From assembly GCA_036172245.1 (NCBI GenBank), contig JAYWIR010000002.1:6758001-6822000 (forward strand): DNA of 64,000 bases, given 5' to 3'. This document shows, piece after piece, positions 36,401-48,400 of the stretch. The number at the start of each line of letters is the position of its first letter. Position 1 is the stretch's first letter. A program made the translations under genes and the position numbers. Under the pieces are notes generated by a model. The model saw nothing but the letters and a program-made list of their open reading frames with translations, searched no databases and was not told where the DNA came from. Source of the DNA: Raillietiella orientalis (lineage: Eukaryota).

Positions 36401-39400
36401 TCCCCATGCACTGCATTAGAAGAGCAATACTGAGTACCGACGAGCAGCAAACGGAAAAATTCCCGCTTTCGCTCTTGGGCACTCTTTTGCCAGAGTTCCG
36501 CTCAAATCAGGTTTCCACCACATCCAAGGTGATGATGGAATTGGAAAATTTCGCTCGCTTTTGGTTCTGGAGGTTGCGTGGCGCGTTTTTCCTCTCGAAT
36601 CGATAAAGTGCAAAGCACCATTGTCCACCACCTGCCATCATCTCGATGGCTGCCTAGCAATCACTCAAATCATCAAGCTAACCGAGAGGTTCCAAGCAAG
36701 TATTCAGCACTGAGGTGCCTCCTGAGGAGTTGCGCCGTGCTGCTCCTCGGGGGACAGTAATGTACGCAGTCATCCTAGATGCTTTTAGCGTTCCACAGTG
36801 AGGACATGCCGTACATTTGAGGCTTTAGGATGCTTCCGCACGCGCAGACCTATGGGGGAGAAAGCGAAAAGGGGAAAACAGATTTGGGGGCATGAGGGAT
36901 GGATGGATGCTCTCGAGCGCTGCTGAGAGGGTCATCGAACACATTCAGCAAAGCCTGAGCAGCGATGATGCCTCAAGGAGGGAAGCGGCTGAAGTTGGCT
37001 CGACCATCCGCTGCTACTGCTCCTCGAAAACTGGCATTCGGCCCATTCGCCTTGTAGAGAGTCTGAACTTTGCGAAAGAGGATGCTGGGCAAGGAGCGGA
37101 TAGGACATTCCCGAGGGCTGAATCTGGCCGAATCGCATAGCTCTGGTCATTACCGGCTGACATCTAGAGCCGCATCGCGCTCGCGCGCGCGTCCCTGCAG
37201 CACGCTCCCAGAGCGTGCGTGGCACTGTTGGATTTTCAGATTTCGGAAAAGTCTTGCTCGGAGGTGCGGTGACCAGGCATGTAACTGTGACCAACATGGG
37301 GGAGATGGTTGCTCGTTTCTGCTTGAAAGTGTCTGAGCATCTCTCGAAACGTGGGGTGTTCCTGAAGCAGAACCACCAGATGGACCTCCTGCCCCAAAAA
37401 AATGCCTTCCTGGAGATGATCTTCGCTCCCAGGACCCTGCGGCCTGCCGAGAAACCCTGCATCTCCCATCCCATCTTCGTAGAGGTACTCGTTCTCTTAC
37501 CCGATTCCGAGGGAGTAAAACGGAGCCATCGAAGATAACGGGTGGACCACGCCTGAAGATCCGCGTCCTGGCCGACGTCGTTTCCCCTGTCATCACGCCT
37601 TCCGTAAACGTCATCAATTTCGGCACGGTTCCTCTCGGGTGCTGCGCCAGAGCTTATCTGCGGCTCCACAACAAGTGAGTTCCATCACCCCCGGTTCGAG
37701 ACGGGTCCCCCAACCGGCCCTCAAGGAGCGCGCTGGATCTGGAGTGGAGGCACGCGAGCCGCACGAAGCGCCAAGGCCTGGGGGTGGAAAGAAGGTGCTC
37801 TCCGGACGAGGCAGCTTCCCATCGCCACCAACGCATCTCCTCTCCGTTTTCGTTGCAACCTAACAAGGGGCTCGTGGGGGCGAACGACTGGGTCCCCCTT
37901 GCGGTGGAATTTCTGCCAAAGGAGCCGGTGAGCCGCATTCACTTCCGATCGCCCCAACTCTCCCCATTACCCCCCTTCCGCTTCCCTTCCAGGACACCTC
38001 CTACACCTGCAAGGTCGACATCGTGTTCGCCATGACGGCAGTCACCATCAACGTGCTGGGATCCTGCGAAAAGCTTCGCGTCGAAGTGAGTCCCGCCCAG
38101 TTGGACATGGGCGTCCTCTTGCCGTATTCGGCGGGGAAGGAGCGCGTGGTCACCATCGGGAACCCAGGATCCTTCCCTGTGGAAGTGTTCTGCTTGGAAT
38201 ACGATAGGTCGGGGAGGCGCGGAGGGCGTTTACTCCACGAAAGCGGGCAGGCAGTACCTGGTGGAGGAAGCAATCCAGAGATTCGTGGATCCGAAGCAGT
38301 CCTCCCACGGGGTCATCTACCCTCTCCTAACACCCGGAGAGAGACTGCCGTTCGAGTTTTACGAGTTCGCGGAGAGGTTGCCGAGCATCGTGGAGCTGGA
38401 AAAGCGGGCGGAATTGCACAAGCAGTCCGAGGAAGGTAGGCGGGAGCGGACGAGGACCGCGGGCCACGCAGTTTCCATGCCGCGCCGCCGGTCAGACCTG
38501 CAGGAAGGCAGCCCGCGAGGAAGAGGTCTCGAAGGCGAAGAGGGAATGGGCGGGTACCTGATCGTTTTCAGGACGCCTCCCACGGCAGTTTAAGCGGAGC
38601 GGAACAGGAGGATGCGGGGGGGGGGGGGAGAGAGAGGAGGAGGCAAACTGCTTTTGCGACAATGCCTTGAAGACCCTGGTCCTCGCGTGACTTCCCAAAG
38701 TGCCGCTATTGAGTTGGAAAACAACTGCCCTCCTCGCAACAACCGAATCTCCCAGGGCCGTGCCACGTTTTCGATCGCTTGGATGCAGAATCGACTCCAA
38801 CTAGCTTCCTTCCTCTTCTCCCCTGTAGAATTTCAATCGAGCCGCTGCTGGCGCGCCCATCATCCGCTTCAAACCTCTTAGGAAACGTGGGGTCCACTCC
38901 AGTGCTTCCCGCTACCGAAAAGCGTTTCTTCCTGTTTCAGGTGTGTGTGCGTTTTTTTTTTTTTTTTTATCTGCCTTCGCTCCTTTCCTCGTCCCGAGGA
39001 AGCTTCAAGAATCCCAGCGACGGAAGACGTCTGCGGCGTTCCCCCAGGCGGTCCGCATCTAAACGCCTCCGCCAGCATCTTTTTTGATTGCCTTCCATAT
39101 ACCGCCCGACCGTGGACGGATGACTGTGGGTCGCGGTGGAACGGATTTACCGCGATCGCTCCAGCATCGCTCCGAGGCTGCTTGGCGAGGGCCCGCATCG
39201 CCATCTTTCAGCCTGCCCAACCACTTCGGGAGGGCTGCATAAGCTTGTGGTTCCCCGCGAGCTTCCCAGCTCTCCCGAAAACCTCCGGGACGCTCTGCGA
39301 CAGGCAGTGCTTCTGCTCTACCGCTGGCTGTGGATGCCGCGGCCCCCCGCTGGTGTTTCTGCCGACCGACTGCTGTCGAGGCGTTCTGATACTCTGGAGC

Positions 39401-42400
39401 CATCGTCGCCTCTCTGCCGTCACAGATGGTTCGTGCTATCTCGCGTTCCGGCACGTTTCATTGGCTTTGGAACACGGAAATGAGGCTGGAGCCGAGCACC
39501 AGTTCCGTACGTGTAGAGCAGAAACGGGACACGTGTGGGGACGACGTGCACACTTCCGGATTTCGCCGCATCCGGGGAAGGCATTACGGCCGTCCCTGAC
39601 AATCCTCGGGAGTCGAGAACACGATCTTCTGCGTACCAGGGATGCAGATTCCATAAATTAAGAATTCCCGGATTGACACGGCGTCGATCTACGGAGGGCG
39701 GCAGCAACAGCAGCATGCAACCGCGTTATGACAGGCGGCGCTGCTCGCCTCTTGCTGATCGCGTACGCAAGACGTTGTCACGATGCCGTTGCCCCAAAAA
39801 CCACCCTTCTTCCCTCCCGTAAAGTGATTTTCTCGTACGCCTTGATTGCGATGAATGGACCTGCACCGCTCCGCGGCGTTCGAAAAACACAATTGGAAGC
39901 ACACAGCGTGCGAAGGAACCAATAGCGACGCAAGTCCGCAGATGATCTCCCTTCACACGCTACCATCGCCACGTTCTCAGCGGGGGCTCCTTTCGATTCA
40001 CATGCTTTCAGTCTGAGAGCGAGAGGAGGTGCCTCGAGGAAGCAAACCTGAGGGTGCGTGCGCGAGGCAAAACTCCTGCAGTCCAGTGGACGAACGGGGT
40101 GCACCTTTCACGCAAAAGGTGCGCGAACGTTCCGAAGGAGCCCTACGGAATTGGTTCTTGCCGAGCACCCGAGCTGCACTTCTTCCCCGTTTCTTTTAGC
40201 AGACGCAAAAAGTTCCTTTCAGCATTCGCTTCACTGCGAATGCTAAAACGGGCAGTTTTGTGGGAGCTGCAGGATCTTGGGGGCGGACCTCCTCGAACTC
40301 TCTTTCTGAACCAAAGAATTTTCTCTCGGCACATTTGGCCGCATGCGGCGACACACAGGAAGCCAAACCAGCCCTCACGAACCGGTGAGTCGGCAGCTTT
40401 GGGAAGGGGAATCGAAAAGCGCCCCTGCCCACGGGAGCTTTCCTTAATTCGGCCGAGTTGCCATGGCGAGGAAAGCTGGCTGGAGAGAAGATGCGAGATC
40501 ACAGCGCGGGTTTCGTCGGGAAAAAGGAAGGAAGGCCCTTCAGGCACGACCTCCACTCCGGGTCATCGATTCTCATCCGCTGCTGCATCGATTCGCCTGT
40601 GGACTGCATCGCAGGGTTGTAGAAACGGATATCGCCGCCGCTGCCCTCGATTCACCTCTGGCATGGACTCGGAATGCCCTCGCAGCCCGGTTTCACCGAA
40701 AGGAGTGGGAGTTTTCCGGGAAGGGAGGCAACGTGCGCTCACCAGAATGGCCACCTGCCCTCCCGCCCTCCACAGTGCTGCTGCGGAACGTGGTGGGAAA
40801 AAACTTCAGGCACCGACCTTCCCGTACCTGTTGCCTCCCGTTAAAGCAGAAGCGGAATCGATCGAAGTCGCGCCCGCCGCCATTTTGTTGTCGTCGCTCC
40901 GATGGCACAAGTTCGCGAATTTACTCTTCAGAGCGGGGAGATGCGAAAGAAAGCGCACTTCTTGAATTACAGAGTCCCGTCCGGAAACGGATGATGCAGA
41001 CGACAGAGCCTCCTTCGCTCTGGTCAATAAAGAGGCCTCGATCCAATTCGCAGCAGCGAAGAAACTGAAAATAGAGTCCTCATCGCAGATGAGGCCTTCT
41101 CGGAGAGCGAAAGAGAAGCGAGAAAGGAAAGTGGAACCGATGAATTCCAAGGACTTCACGCTGCCTCCGGATCGTAAACTCACGGAAAACATCATCCTGG
41201 GTATACGAAATTCCGGATCGGCTCCGCCTGAGTGCCTCGTAGAGTACTTGAAAACTCATGATCAGAGGGAGAGACCCGCGGACCTGATCGATCCTATCGC
41301 CGCATCCATAGAACGCCTCTACGGACCGAAAACCTACATGGAGCACAAACCCGACAGGCGGACCTTCTTCCTAGTTGATTCTCCCGGTACGCTAGGTACG
41401 TAAAGGGCACCGCCGCCCTGAGACGAGGGGTCGAGAATCGTCCCGTTTTCCTCCTCCCAAGCAGATGCCATCCCCTTAGCTCACCTACTTCGCAAGCATT
41501 TCAAGCTCACCTCTCTCACCCTGGACGAGATTATCGACAGTGCCCTCCTGGCTGACAACGCACTGGCTAGGCACGCGAGGAAGCATCTCGAAGAAACGCA
41601 CCGTAAGATCCGTCGAGTGCCATCACATTCTTGAGTGGCACGTCTGCCTGCCTGGTTGCCGCCGCCGAAAAGGCAGACCGAACATGGCAGCTGAGCAAAT
41701 GCGTCTAATGGTGTCGTCGCTTTGGGCAGGTCCTCTGGGTTCCGCAAAGATTCACCGAGAAGCCTGGTGACGGTCTCAACAGGAAAGTCGAATCCCACTG
41801 CGCCTGCGCTCGCGTACCTCAACTTACGTCGGGAATTAGCATGAGTTCAAAAGTTGAGCGTTCCCTCTAGAAAAAACAGTCAAAACCAAACTTTGAAGAC
41901 CAAGCGCGTCCAACATTTCCACGGTACTTGGCGTTCGGTGCTATCAGACAGTAGCGCAGTTGCACGAGTGGAACCAGAATTAGTAGCACGCACACTACGA
42001 GCCTCTAAAGAAGGAAGGAACGGTCCAAACGAGAGGCGGTTTTCCATCGCAGTGGAGATTCATCGATGCCGTGCGAATAATGAACCTTGATTTCGGCAAT
42101 TTCGGTCCAGGAAATTTGGAAAACGATGATCCGAATGCGAAAAGACGTCTCGCGGAACTCGAATGGTTGAAGGCGCGAGCGAATTCCACTTGGAGCAGAC
42201 CTGGAAATTTTCCGCGGAATCGGGAAGACCTTGCTCAAGGAAGCTGTGCGCCCCAAAGGGGGAAGACGCCTTGTCGGAAAGGTTGGCGGCTCTGAAAAAT
42301 CCGCCAGCCATCTTTCTTTCTTTCGGATGCTCGCGTAAGTTACTGCCATAAGTTTCCATCCATCCACTGAAGAGATAGTCTCGCACGCTCCCTTTGCGGC

Positions 42401-45400
42401 CTCTCTTGCCAGCGGTCCATCCGCCGCAGATGCAAACGATTCTCCGCTTCTTGCATAGTCCTGAGAACTCTGCGAGTCTGCAATGGCCTCAAACCATTGC
42501 GAGGAAATGAGCAGCTGCGCCTTCCACGACAAAGAGGCGGACTCGCAATGCAACCAGAACACCTCACGTTCACCTGACTGGTGATTGAGGAGGACGACTA
42601 AGGGATGCAGTGCATCCGTACATGGCAGCACCTCCCCGACTTCCTCTCATCTTCACCGTGCTGACCTGCTCCCGTGCTAACCGCCGACATGTTCGTTTGC
42701 TCAGAGTACTCAACAATAACTGTTGGCTGACATTCCTACTCTTGGTTCCTGTGCTGCCTCGAGCGATCGCATCCGAACTGTAAAGTTCCAGGAATGCTGA
42801 GGGACGATCGAACGTTCGAACAGAACGGTGTTTCGTGGCGTGTTGAGATGCACGTTATTCCATCTCGTTCGACGTAAACTCAGAGAAACTCGGGCCTTGG
42901 TTCCCATCTCCGTTGCACTTCGAGGCTGCTCATCAGCCTCCTTGTAGTCAGCGCGCGTTGCTTCAGCTGCTTTGCTATAGTGTGGTGGCGGTCTTGCTCC
43001 CGAACGGTGGTCCGTCACGGGATCAACCCTTTGCGATGGCGCTCGAGCACGCGTCTTTCAGAATCCAGAATTAGACAACAAGTCCAGATCAACACGAGAA
43101 GAATTCCGCTGTAAGCAAGCTCAAGCTGAAGAGACAGACATCCATAGAGAGAGATACCTCTCGCCTTGGGCTCTTGGAAGTTATCCCGGTAGAAAATGTA
43201 TGGCCGCATGTGATCGTAGCGCCTCGAGGAACTGAACCCAAACCCTCTGACTCATCTCAGTTCATCCAAATAACCTCCGAAATGTCCAGAACGAATGCTT
43301 CGGAATCCATTTATTATTTGCTTATTCATTCGCTGCGCTTTTCAGCAGAGGAGCGCTCTCCCATCTCAAACTGATTTTTTTCTTTTTTGTTGCTTCCAGC
43401 TCACATCAAAAAAGCTACTTTAGGGAAGCGTACCAAAATTCAGCCTGGGAAACAGTCAGTCAAGCCGAACCGCGAACAGCAGGATTCCATTACCGTCAAG
43501 AAGCAGGAGTCGTTTGAAATAGACTACCATCACGTCTTGCCGACTGAGATCATTTCCGAATTTGTCCGGGAAAGGTAAAGCAACCAGTACCACCTCGCTC
43601 TCACTGAACACGGAAAAAAGATTTCTTACGCTCACCCCTTCCCCGCCAGCGTTTTTGTCGTCATTTGCCGACGGGTAGTTGGAAAAATATGGCGGTTGTT
43701 GAACAGCAGCAGCAGCAAGCTGAATTTTCGAACCATCCCGACCTCTGTGCACAGAATCAGCCTTGCCCGGGGATTTCCTCCCTAACTGACGCCGGCCGCT
43801 TCACATGTTGTTCTCAAGCCGGAAGTTGATCAGTTGTCATCGTCAACATCCTTAAATCCCATCATCGTCTGTTTGTTATCTTCTCCTCTTGAAATCCTTC
43901 TCACGCGTTTGCTGACTCTGATCGGCATGATTCCGGACATTGCTCCCCTTTTTAATTTCATCAGATGCAGCAGCAGGCATCCGTGTTGCTTTCATGGCAT
44001 TTCTTTTGAGCTCAGGCTTTCCGACAAACACTGGCTGGAAGCTTTGCTCGCGCGCGCGGCGGTTCCCGAAGCAAAACACGCGCACACCGTTCTCTGTACC
44101 AAAAACTCTCCGCGGTCGACGTCGAGGATTCACCTGAACGCCTGAACGGCTATTGGCACGATAAGCACTCAAAGGATTCGTTGTCGTCGCCGGCGTCCTA
44201 GCCTGAGCTCAGAGTAACAAAGTCCCTCGAAAGTCCCTCGAAAACTCTTGCAAATGTTAAGAAACGTTCAAAAGCACTGCCTGAGAAACCGTTTGCAGGT
44301 TGTGCCACGACGATGCGCGGCGTGGAGTGGTTTTCTTGGAAATGACAAGCAAATACGCCGAGAGTCCGCTATCTTTTCTGGTGGCCCTCAGGAACGCAGT
44401 TTCGGAGGACCACATCTTCTGCGTTTCCCTTTGGTGCCCATCGGAGGAATCTCCTGCTGAACACGAAAGGCCGAAAAGAGACACGGGTAAGACCTCTGGA
44501 AGTCCTGATCCAGCCAATCTTGAAATCTACAGAGACGTTTCCTTCGAATGAGAAGGCATTTCTTTGTCGCTCCTCTTCGAAAAGTAGCGAATTCCTGTTT
44601 TCTCGAGAACTCCCTTTGGAGCGAATGATGATGATCAGGCATTAATGATCGAGGCAAAACGTGTTCCATTACATAGTAACAAAGATGGAAACGATTCGCA
44701 TAGGCTCTCTGAAGATGGAAAAATGAGCACAAGCCCAATTTCGATTCGGTGGGTGCAAGGAATTCTGGACACGACCTCAGCACTGAAGAATGTGAAATGT
44801 GACCAATGTCCGTTGACCAATGGCCGGAGATTTCTTGTCGACGCTGCCATCCTCCCTCGACTTTCAGTTGGCTCCTTCTCTCAGAATTAATGGCGCAGTG
44901 ATGCGATGGTGGGAAATCCATCTCGAACCCGGAGGGTTCGCCCAGGGATTTGCTGCCGATGAAATATCAAAACGGAAGAAACATGGCAGACAGCGTAAGG
45001 AACAGAGCCCTAGCTGACAGAGTATTCCATTGATAATTAATGGTGAATGTGCCGCAAGGAAATACGCCGCTCGTGGTCACATTCCATCGTTGAAAATTGC
45101 CAAGAAGAGTAACAGATCCATCATCAACCAAGCCTCGCACGTTTCGGGCACTCGGAGCATGTCAGTTTTTGGCAAGCCGTGAATGCCCACGATCAAAGGA
45201 AAACAGGTTAATGCGGAATCTAAATTGGAGGGACGGGAAGTTCCGCCAAAGTCTACTGCTGGTCGTCGTGTTGTTGCTTTCGAATTTCCTCTTCCGACGA
45301 GTATTTCCAACGGGTGAACAAAGCCCGGGGCAATTCCCATGCGAAACGAAACAGCCGTGCGCACTGCGATAGGATCCTTCATCCCGTCGCTTGGGCAACC

Positions 45401-48400
45401 CTTGTCAACGATGCTCTCATCTGGAACAATCCCGAGCAGTACTTTATACGGGAAGTTTCCCTCGAAGACGTTGAACGGAATGCAAGCAGAGTCGAGGGAA
45501 CCAAGTGAGCAAGCTGTCCGCGACCCGCAACAGCAGTCGTAGTCGATCGTGGCGTCCTGCCCTGAGGCAACTGGTCGGCTTTTCTGCGTGGATGCTTCAC
45601 AAACAGCTTCCGGTCTCGAGAGAAGAAACTCAAACTCCAGCAAACTGCGGGGTCGAGAAACAAGTGGGAGCCAATCGGAGACGCAAAGAGTGGCAGATTT
45701 GGGGTTAGTGGGTGGAGCTGCCACCGTTACTCATGCAGCATTTGAGACTGCAGATCGCCAACCCTCGACTCCCGAATTAGCCCGGTAGCAAAATGAAAGT
45801 TTCTTAATGAACGGAATTTCTCTGTGAATCTGGGCTTTGAAAAAAAAAAAAAAAAAGGGGAGACGGAGTTTCAAAGAAAACAGAGGTGCAAAGGAGAGGA
45901 GGGAAGTCGATGAGCAGCAGCGATTCGTAGAGTGAACCTTCGTGGCACGGAAGGCATGCATTTGGAGGTGACGGAACGAGCAGCCAGAAACCCTGCTCCG
46001 GGCACTGTGAAGCGTCTATAAAAATCGGGTCGTAGAAAAAAAAAAGCCAAGTCGTAGAAAAAAAAACAGAGAGAGAGAGAGAGAAATAAGAAAAACGTAG
46101 TGAAGTGTGGAATGTGCAGCTGCAGCGAAAAAAATTTCACGCGTCTTTGCGAGGGGCCCATCGAGTCGCCCCCCGCGTTGCGGACTGATAACAACACCAT
46201 CTCATTGCATACCACCTATCTCGTAAGGAGGCGTTTCCGATGAGCATGCGGCTCCATTCCTATACGAAGACGTGGACGAGGAGATGTTTGACCAGATGCC
46301 TCTGGACGAGCAGATGGCATTCAGTCGATCCTTGGCCTGGAGAAAGCTCGCGAGAATGGAACTGTCGCAGCAGGCGAAGCAAGAGACGACTATGACTCCA
46401 ACGGCATCTGCAAAGGTAACTGAATGCAAGGAGGAAATCGCCCATGACGAGCACCCTCCCACTTCAGAACATCCTGCTCAAGAAGTCCAAACCGGAGAAG
46501 AGTAAGGATGCCCAGGACCCCAACGCTACTGGTGAGTCGGAGTTCCGTTCGCGCTCCTCCTCCTCCGAAACCAACCCACCCCACCAGCGGCGGAGAAGAA
46601 CGCGCCTGAGGACCACTCCCACAACAAGCTGTCGAGTGAAAAGAACGAAATGAAGAGGAAGAAAACGCACAAGGGAGCCCTCAGCCACAGCAACCTGGAG
46701 TCTTGGTCCCGTAAGAAAGACTTCCAGTGCCTTTTTCCGGACTCCTTTGAATCACTCTCTTCCAGAACTGGACCATCAGTGGGATGAATTGCGGCACAAG
46801 TACGAAAATGACTTCCACAGCATCCTCAGATACGTTCAACAAGCGGAAGAGGAAAGGGGCGATGAAGCCACTGTAAGTGGGGGGTGGGAGGGGGGACTTT
46901 CCAGAGTTCCTTCTTTTCGCGCAAGGGCCAAACGGAGGTTTCCAAAAAGCAGCGGGTCCACCCAGAAGTGTTCTTGGAACACGTGATCATTAACTACAAT
47001 CCAAAAATTTCCTTTGAAAAATACTTCCACATGATTTCTCACCACGTTCAGAAGACGGTGTCATCACGGACAGGTTGTGGACTTGCGCGCGACATGGAGG
47101 GATTGGATAAGGGGGGTTCCCGATAGAAGAAGAGGATGGAGGAGCACCAAAAGTCCTCCTCGAGGTCTATTCTCAAGTTTACTACCCCCAGTCAAGAGAA
47201 GCGTCCAAGATTCCTTCAGCATTTTCCCTGAATCTGCCTGTCTATTACGGATCCTCCAGCTCGGTCCAGGTTCCTGAGAACGCCGCGAACGACCCTGGGT
47301 CCGCTTCGTTAGAAGAGGGCGCCAAGCTGAACGAGAAGCCATCGAAAAAGTTTGCTTCGAAATCATACGTGAGGGCTTCAGAGACTCGGAGAACCTCTTC
47401 ATCTAAGGTTGGGTGCCCCCTGTTTTAGGAGGAACAGAGGCTCAAGAGGATGCAGAACCACAGGAAAACGCTTCTCAAACTCGCAGACAACCGTATGTGC
47501 CGCTCGCCGCAAGCGGTCCGCGAACACGAATCGCTTTCAGGAAACGACCAATTCAACAATTCAGGTTCCAGGATACCTCAGAATGTCCTCAGAAGGTAAG
47601 CAGAGATCGATTTCGCGGTGACAAGCTTGCATTCGTGGTGATCGCAACCGAGCAACTTCTTGAAACCTCAGTCGTTTGCACCATGGGGAAGACGCGCGTT
47701 GGGCGCATGGAGTGCTGCCCCCGTTGCCTCACAGGCGTTCGAAAATAGTGCACATCAGGAGCTCCCTTCCATGTGTTTCTTCTTCTTTGTCTTCTTCTTA
47801 CCCATCCAGAATCGTCATTCAACCGAAGCAGAAAGTAGCAGCCATCGCTGCTTTTTCACCGGGACACCAGCAAGGCTTCTTCGAAGGGACCTTTCACCTG
47901 GAAGTGTCCGGAACGAGGAATAAGTATGACATCCAGCTGATCGGCAGGTGCGAGCTTCCTGATGTGGTCCGCGATCCCGTGGTCATTTATCAGAAGGTAA
48001 GGTAGTTCATTCTCTCCCCTTCCTTCCTCCTCTTCTTTGCTGCCGGGAGGTCATTCGGTTTTTTCCAGAGCAAGCGCAGGCCGCAAGGGGGGTGGAAGCA
48101 AGGCTGCTACGATTTCGGTTATATCCTGCCCTGGAACTTGAAGAGTTCCAACCTAGACGGGAGGAAGCCGAGGTGAGCGCGTGGCCTGCCTCGCACCGTT
48201 CTCATTTCTTCCAGCGAGCTCTCTCCGAATACGGTTCAGCTGACGTTCTGCAACTGCAGGTCGTCCGATGCCCACGTAACGTTCAGCTTTTTGGGCGACG
48301 AGCATTTCTCGACATCTACGCTCGAGGTCCACATCCCGCCGGCAGGCAGCGTGCCTGTTTCGTTGTACGCGGTTCCTCCCAAGTGTGGCCTTTTTAAAGA

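Noticed and set aside
38496..38553. Possible extra HYDIN exon after 38435
   Set aside because: Its best donor is phase 2 and does not fit the phase-1 acceptor at 40972, whereas 38435 joins 40973 directly. It cannot be fully excluded.
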